This document shows, one piece after another, positions 59,361 through 64,000 of a DNA stretch of 64,000 bases (positions within the stretch are counted from its first letter, which is position 1; every line of letters begins with the position of its first letter). The notes beneath the pieces are model-generated. The model was not told the origin of the DNA. It did no database searches and was given only the letters and a program-made list of their open reading frames with translations. A program made the translations under genes and the position numbers. Location of the stretch: contig CACWKB010000003.1 in the NCBI GenBank assembly GCA_902761375.1, positions 3,545 to 67,544 of the forward strand, written 5' to 3'. This DNA is from an uncultured Ruminococcus sp. GTDB lineage: Bacteria > Bacillota > Clostridia > Oscillospirales > Acutalibacteraceae.

Positions 59361-59843
59361 TCAGACCGTTTGCACGGCGTAGGTTTCGGTAGTTTCAATA
59401 AGGCAGGCGCAGACCGCGGTCATAACGCAGAACAGCTCGTTGGGCTCGTCCGAGATCAGCAGCTCGCGCGACGAGGCTCGGCGGCACAGCGTCATAATCG
59501 GCGATTTGTCGACGTCGATCACGCTGAAGCACTTTGCGCCGAAGTCGCCGCTGACGCACCAGTTGTTGCCGTAGAAGTTGCACAGCACGCCTCGCCTCGT
59601 AACTACCGCGGCAAGGGTGATATGACTCCTGCCCGCGCGAAGCACATAGGTGTGGGTGCCGAAGATCGGCAGCCTGCGGATCTTGGCGACCTGCTCGCCC
59701 TCGGGATCGGAAATGATTATATTGTAATTCGTGACGAGCTTTTGCCTCAGACAGGTAACTCTGTACTTCAGCCTTCCGCATTCGTCGAAAAGCAGAAAGT
59801 CAGCTCCGTCGGAGGCAGCGTCACGCTTTAGCATTAGCCTCAT
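59361..59843 (-). CDS. LURP-one/tubby-C-like (scramblase-related) protein
   Basis: F..FDE.G.LKY.V, W.V.GDF....F pattern. Confidence 0.6.
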   Translation of the reverse strand: MRLMLKRDAASDGADFLLFDECGRLKYRVTCLRQKLVTNYNIIISDPEGEQVAKIRRLPIFGTHTYVLRAGRSHITLAAVVTRRGVLCNFYGNNWCVSGDFGAKCFSVIDVDKSPIMTLCRRASSRELLISDEPNELFCVMTAVCACLIETTETYAVQTV

Positions 59844-59860
59844 AGCGATCATCACCATCA

Positions 59861-59925
59861 GAAAAATAAACCATAGACAAAGCCTGCCTATGGTTTATTA
59901 TACATCATTAACGCAAAATATACAA
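59861..59925 (-). promoter_or_regulatory. Terminator overlapped by sigma-A promoter
   Basis: AATAAACCATAG/CTATGGTTTATT stem + U-run; TTGTAT-N17-TATAAT whose -10 overlaps the 5' arm. Confidence 0.65.
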
Positions 59926-59982
59926 GGGGCGCGGCGCTAATCCTTGACCAAAACTTTCGACACGCCGATAAAGGGAGCAAAA

Positions 59983-61464
59983 CTACAATAAGGTTCTCGT
60001 CAGTCTTTCGCGGTGGAACAGATACTGCTGCTCGAGCATGGGCTCGAATTTTGCCACAAAGCAGCTCATATAGCCCATTATCAGCCAGAACCACAGCACA
60101 AGGAACGAGATGTCATAGAGCAGCGCCCTCTCAAAGAAGGCATAGGGCAAATAGCCCGCCAAAAACGAGAACAGACAGGGATAGACGTCGTTTCTGAACG
60201 ATTTGCGGCGCAGATAAAGGTGCTGGATAACGTGCTTGGCAAAGCGGAAGCCGAAGGTTCCGAACAGCAGCGCGCCGATGATGCCCGTTGAGACGATTAT
60301 CGTCAAAAAGCCGTTGTGAAGGTCGTTGTTGTGATAGCCGTACTGCAGTATGCCGTTTAGGTATTCCTCGCTGTAGAAAACGATATTACCGTTGGCTATT
60401 CCGAAAACCGGGGATATCTTGAACAGATCGAGCGATTCGCGCCAGAGCTTGAAGCGTCCGCTGTCGAGGTTTTTGTTGATGTGCTTAAAGGTCACTCCCT
60501 CTTTTTTCGGCTGTTCAGCCTCGGGGGTCTCGCCGCCGACGTCCGAGATTATCTTTGAGTCGTCGACGAGCACCTCAACGATCGAATTGGTGCGCGCGGT
60601 TATTGCCGCAAAGCCCGTCTTGAAGATCGAGCGGAACAGCATAGCCGAGCCGATGAAGATAGCGGACACGAGAAGAAAGGTGACGATCTTGATGAATACC
60701 TTTGAGGCGGTGAGCCTGCGGCGCTCGTCAAAGATGATATAGCTCAGATAGACCACACAATACGCTATCATCAGCACAAAGGCGGCGTTGGAATCGCTCA
60801 GTATCAGCGAAAACAGATTGACCGCAGCGCAGATGGCAAGGGTCAGCTTGCCGATGGGCTGTCTGTTGAGCTCGGTATAAAGCTGCTCCTTTGACAGCAC
60901 GTGAGCGCAGAATATTCCCGCGACCGACACAAAGCCGAGAAGATTCGGGTTATAGTAAACGCCGGTCAGACGGTTTTCATATACCGGGAACTTGATCCAG
61001 TAAATATCGTAAAAGCTCCAGTCGTACTGAAAGCCGAAGAGCAGGGCGACGATGCCGATAATGCTGAGCAGGGTGGTGAGCACCAAAAACAGCCTTGCGA
61101 TCTTGAAAAGCTCGAGCTTGTGGTTGAACTCAGGCTCGGTGTGCATCCCGTAAAAAGCGAAGAAGCACATTATCACGTGCAAAAGCATCAGCAGACTCAG
61201 CGGAAGGGTAACTGAAAAGTTGAGCAGGATCGAAACCACGGAGAAAATCAGAAACGCGCTGATCCACAGTCCGAAGCGAAGCTTGAACAGCGTATCGTAG
61301 CGGCGCTGGTTCCGATATACGAGCACAATGCCCCAGATGAACAGGAAAACCAGCAGCACATAGGCTATGACCTGCAAAAACGATACCATGCAGAAGAAAA
61401 GATCGGTTATGTAGATCTGTCTGAACAGCGAGGTATCGCTTAATTTTTTCTTAACAGCCGTCAT
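59983..61464 (-). CDS. O-antigen ligase/polymerase (Wzy_C) family membrane protein
   Basis: RLTGVYYNPN, SGRFKLW, PVFG, LHNGFL..G.IG; ~12 TM. Confidence 0.85.
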   Translation of the reverse strand: MTAVKKKLSDTSLFRQIYITDLFFCMVSFLQVIAYVLLVFLFIWGIVLVYRNQRRYDTLFKLRFGLWISAFLIFSVVSILLNFSVTLPLSLLMLLHVIMCFFAFYGMHTEPEFNHKLELFKIARLFLVLTTLLSIIGIVALLFGFQYDWSFYDIYWIKFPVYENRLTGVYYNPNLLGFVSVAGIFCAHVLSKEQLYTELNRQPIGKLTLAICAAVNLFSLILSDSNAAFVLMIAYCVVYLSYIIFDERRRLTASKVFIKIVTFLLVSAIFIGSAMLFRSIFKTGFAAITARTNSIVEVLVDDSKIISDVGGETPEAEQPKKEGVTFKHINKNLDSGRFKLWRESLDLFKISPVFGIANGNIVFYSEEYLNGILQYGYHNNDLHNGFLTIIVSTGIIGALLFGTFGFRFAKHVIQHLYLRRKSFRNDVYPCLFSFLAGYLPYAFFERALLYDISFLVLWFWLIMGYMSCFVAKFEPMLEQQYLFHRERLTRTLL

Positions 61465-61529
61465 AATAAACCTCAGAAACAGGAAAAATCTGACTGCGCA
61501 AGCCGCACGACCGAATCATGCGGTGTTGC

Positions 61530-62207
61530 CTAAAAAACCTCTTTGACCGTTTTGAACATCAGCCCGATATCGTGGAAGAAGCTGAAATTCTCAACATATT
61601 CCAGGTTGTATTTCATCTTTTCGGGAAGCACCTTATTGAGGTAAACGCTGTCTGCGTCGTCAGTCGAGGCGAGCAGCTTCTCCTCATCCTTATACATTAT
61701 CGAGGTGAGCGAGGTGATCCCGGCGGGCATCAGCAAGGTCGCGTAATACTCGGGCTTATACTTCCGGACGTATTTTACGACCTCGGGACGGGTGCCGACG
61801 AAGCTCATGTCCCCTGCGAGGACGTTAAATATCTGAGGCAGCTCGTCGAGGCGGTACTTTCGCAGCTTTCTGCCGAGCTTTGTGACCCTGCTGTCGCTGT
61901 CGGTCGTGACCATGGTGCCGAGCTGCTCGGCGTTGACTACCATCGTGCGGAATTTTAAAATTCTGAACCGCCTGCCGTAGGTCGTCACCCTCTCCTGCCT
62001 GAACAGCGCCGGGCCCTTTGAGTCGAGCCTGATCATCACCGCGATGACCGCGATGGGAATTATGATGAACAGGAGGATGATCACGGCGGCGACTATATCA
62101 AACGCGCGCTTTACAAAGAGGCTTCCGCGTCTTTTTTGAAGCATATCGTAATATCGCCTGACCTCGTCGTTGCGGAACTCGGCAGGCAATTTATCAAAAG
62201 CGATCAT
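61530..62207 (-). CDS. Bacterial sugar transferase (priming phosphoglycosyl transferase)
   Basis: KRAFD, KFRTM, D.RVT, LDELPQ..NVL.GDMSFVG.RP. Confidence 0.93.
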   Translation of the reverse strand: MIAFDKLPAEFRNDEVRRYYDMLQKRRGSLFVKRAFDIVAAVIILLFIIIPIAVIAVMIRLDSKGPALFRQERVTTYGRRFRILKFRTMVVNAEQLGTMVTTDSDSRVTKLGRKLRKYRLDELPQIFNVLAGDMSFVGTRPEVVKYVRKYKPEYYATLLMPAGITSLTSIMYKDEEKLLASTDDADSVYLNKVLPEKMKYNLEYVENFSFFHDIGLMFKTVKEVF

Positions 62208-62242
62208 ATTTTCTCCCCGTTTGAAGATAATAATACGGTAAT

Positions 62243-62271
62243 ATTATAGCTCTTAATCTGCCGCTTTTCAA
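62243..62271 (-). promoter_or_regulatory. sigma-A promoter of sugar transferase
   Basis: TTGAAA-N17-TATAAT. Confidence 0.7.
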
Positions 62272-62305
62272 TAATTATCTCAAAAACTTCATAAATTACG
62301 GCAGA

Positions 62306-62404
62306 ACGTAAAAACCGATGGAGCGCATCCATCGGTTTTTAGGTAATTTTATGGAGTAATCAAGCACATAGAAAGGAAACTATTTCATCTTCTCTTCTCG
62401 TCTG
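62306..62404 (-). ncRNA. Candidate small RNA (~95 nt)
   Basis: TTGACT(62438-62433)-N17-TATAGT with TG extension; perfect 13-bp terminator 62310-62340; only a 2-codon ORF inside. Confidence 0.6.
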
Positions 62405-62495
62405 ATAACACTATATCATATATTTTGTAAAAAGTCAACACTTTTTTTGAAGTTTTTTTATCTTTTATATAATCTTTTTTAATGGTGCAAAAGCC

Positions 62496-62524
62496 TTGAC
62501 TTCAAGGAAAAAACAATGTACAAT
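62496..62524 (+). promoter_or_regulatory. sigma-A promoter for 6S RNA
   Basis: TTGACT-N17-TACAAT. Confidence 0.7.
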
Positions 62525-62575
62525 ATTAGTATAAGAAAAGCGAACTGCTTTTTTGTAAATATTTGGGCGGTCAAC

Positions 62576-62757
62576 AGCCTGCCCGATGCGTGAATGATTT
62601 TAAAATAACCCTACAACTCTTTAATCGGGAGCCCGTCTCTTTGAGCGGTGTGCAGACCTCCCGCCACGGAAGAAGGGAGCCTGAAGCTCAAAGGAGAGCA
62701 CCCACCTGTTCTACTCGTAGGCAGGTTATTATTTAAATCATACGGTCGGGCGGGTTT
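62576..62757 (+). ncRNA. ssrS: 6S RNA
   Basis: ~180 nt rod: GCCTGCCCGAT-CGT pairs with ACGGTCGGGCGGGT; TGATTTTAA/TTTAAATCA; central bubble flanked by GGGAGC and CACCCACCT; TTTGAGC/GCTCAAA inner stem; U-run at end. Confidence 0.8.
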
Positions 62758-62799
62758 TTTATTGCCTTAATGGCACCCCTAAAAGACAGGAGAATCGAT

Positions 62800-63762
62800 A
62801 TGAAGGTTTCCGTATTAGGCTGCGGACGCTGGGGAAGCTGCATTGCATGGTACCTCGACAAAATCGGTCACGAGGTCATGACCTGCGGACTTGCCGACGC
62901 CCCCGAATTCATTCAGCTCAGGGATCACAGAAAAAACGATTATCTGAGCTTTCCCGAATCAATCCAGATATCAAGCGATTTAGGAGCGGCGATAGCTCGC
63001 GCCGAGGTAATTGTCATTTCCATCTCGTCGCAGCATCTGCGCTCCTATTTTGAGGATATTTCCAAGCACGATCTCAACGGCAAAATCATTGTGCTCTGCA
63101 TGAAGGGCGTCGAGGTAACGACCGGCAAGCGGCTGTCTCAGGTCGTAAGGGACTTTACCGATCCCGAAAAAACACTCGTCGCGGTTTGGGTCGGTCCCGG
63201 TCATCCCCAGGATTATGTCAAGGGCATCCCCAACTGCATGGTCATCGACAGCGACGACCGCGAGGTGAAGGAAATGCTCGTCCGCGAGTTCAACAGCGAG
63301 CTCATCCGCTTTTATCTCGGCAAGGATCTTATCGGCAGCGAGATCGGCGCGGCGGCTAAAAACGTCATCGGCATCGCCGCCGGAGTGCTTGACGGCTTGG
63401 GCTATACCTCGCTAAAGGGAGCGCTGATGGCGCGCGGCACTCAGGAGATCTCGCGTCTGATCAAGGCGCTGGGCGGCAACCCGATGAGCGCGTTCGGTCT
63501 CTGTCACCTCGGAGACTACGAGGCGACCCTCTTCTCCCCCTGGAGCCACAACCGCAAATACGGCGAGCAGTTCGTCAAGGGCGAGCGGTTCGGCAAGCTC
63601 GCGGAGGGCGTGATGACCTCAAAGGCGCTGTACAGGCTCGGCGAGGAATACAACGTGGAGCTGCCCATAGTGCAGGGCGTTTACGAGCTTTTGTTTGAGG
63701 ACGCGGACATCAATTCCATTCTCAAGCGGCTCTTTGAACGCTCGGTAAAGGAAGAATTCTGA
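62800..63762 (+). CDS. gpsA: NAD(P)H-dependent glycerol-3-phosphate dehydrogenase
   Basis: GCGRWG, CMKG, AAKNVIGIAAG, LGD..AT..S..S.NR, AEG. Confidence 0.92.
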   Translation: MKVSVLGCGRWGSCIAWYLDKIGHEVMTCGLADAPEFIQLRDHRKNDYLSFPESIQISSDLGAAIARAEVIVISISSQHLRSYFEDISKHDLNGKIIVLCMKGVEVTTGKRLSQVVRDFTDPEKTLVAVWVGPGHPQDYVKGIPNCMVIDSDDREVKEMLVREFNSELIRFYLGKDLIGSEIGAAAKNVIGIAAGVLDGLGYTSLKGALMARGTQEISRLIKALGGNPMSAFGLCHLGDYEATLFSPWSHNRKYGEQFVKGERFGKLAEGVMTSKALYRLGEEYNVELPIVQGVYELLFEDADINSILKRLFERSVKEEF

Positions 63763-63780
63763 TAGGAAAAGGTATGAATA

Positions 63781-64000
63781 ATGAGCAAAAAAAATCGTAA
63801 GCAACCAAACAGAGCGGCGTCCGGTAACATCGCCTCGGGCAAGTCCGCTCCCTCCGCGGTAAAGACAGTTGAGACCGAAAAGAAGCGCTGTCTGTTTGAA
63901 TACATAGTCGTGAACATTATCTGTCTGTTCATCTTCATGGCGTTCGGCTATATAGCGATCATGAGCTTTTTCCAGACAAGCGTCATCGACCCGTCAAACT
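63781..64000 (+). CDS. Membrane protein, 3'-truncated by window edge
   Basis: Open frame MSKKNRKQ...YIVVNIICLFIFMAFGYIAIMSFF to window end. Confidence 0.6.
   Translation, partial: MSKKNRKQPNRAASGNIASGKSAPSAVKTVETEKKRCLFEYIVVNIICLFIFMAFGYIAIMSFFQTSVIDPSN

Overview
Chromosomal, mostly housekeeping 64 kb window from a spore-forming clostridial Firmicute with GC-rich coding regions and AT-rich intergenic regions (gene set suggests Ruminococcus/Oscillospiraceae; this is inference). Contents: CCA-adding enzyme, a P-type ATPase, spoIVB-spo0A, a purE-F-M-N-(purO-like)-(AICARFT)-D operon, nfeD/SPFH, bofA, secG, pyrE-radC-uvrB-parE-parC, spoIIM, proC, a five-SH3b GH24 lysozyme, pcrA, htrA, typA, acn-icd-rex, a frameshifted comEC, addAB, spoIIR, ispE, Lrp plus aminotransferase, polysaccharide genes, 6S RNA and gpsA. 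I saw no CRISPR array, tRNA/rRNA, transposase or prophage. The most interesting signals are non-coding. (1) At three sporulation genes lying downstream of same-strand vegetative genes (spoIIM, spoIIR, a putative coat gene), the sporulation-sigma promoter contains a sequence complementary to the gene's own ribosome-binding site. Read-through mRNA would be translationally locked while the sporulation transcript is not. (2) A stand-alone ~95 nt anti-SD-rich sRNA candidate sits back-to-back with 6S RNA and shares a 12-nt motif with the htrA 3' UTR. (3) An orphan 91-aa gene has LexA boxes in a perfect sigma-A promoter. Protein-level oddities are a degenerate PurF, an SH3b domain inserted inside a lysozyme catalytic domain, and an apparent deletion in comEC. 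All product calls are by motif recognition by eye; no database searches were run.
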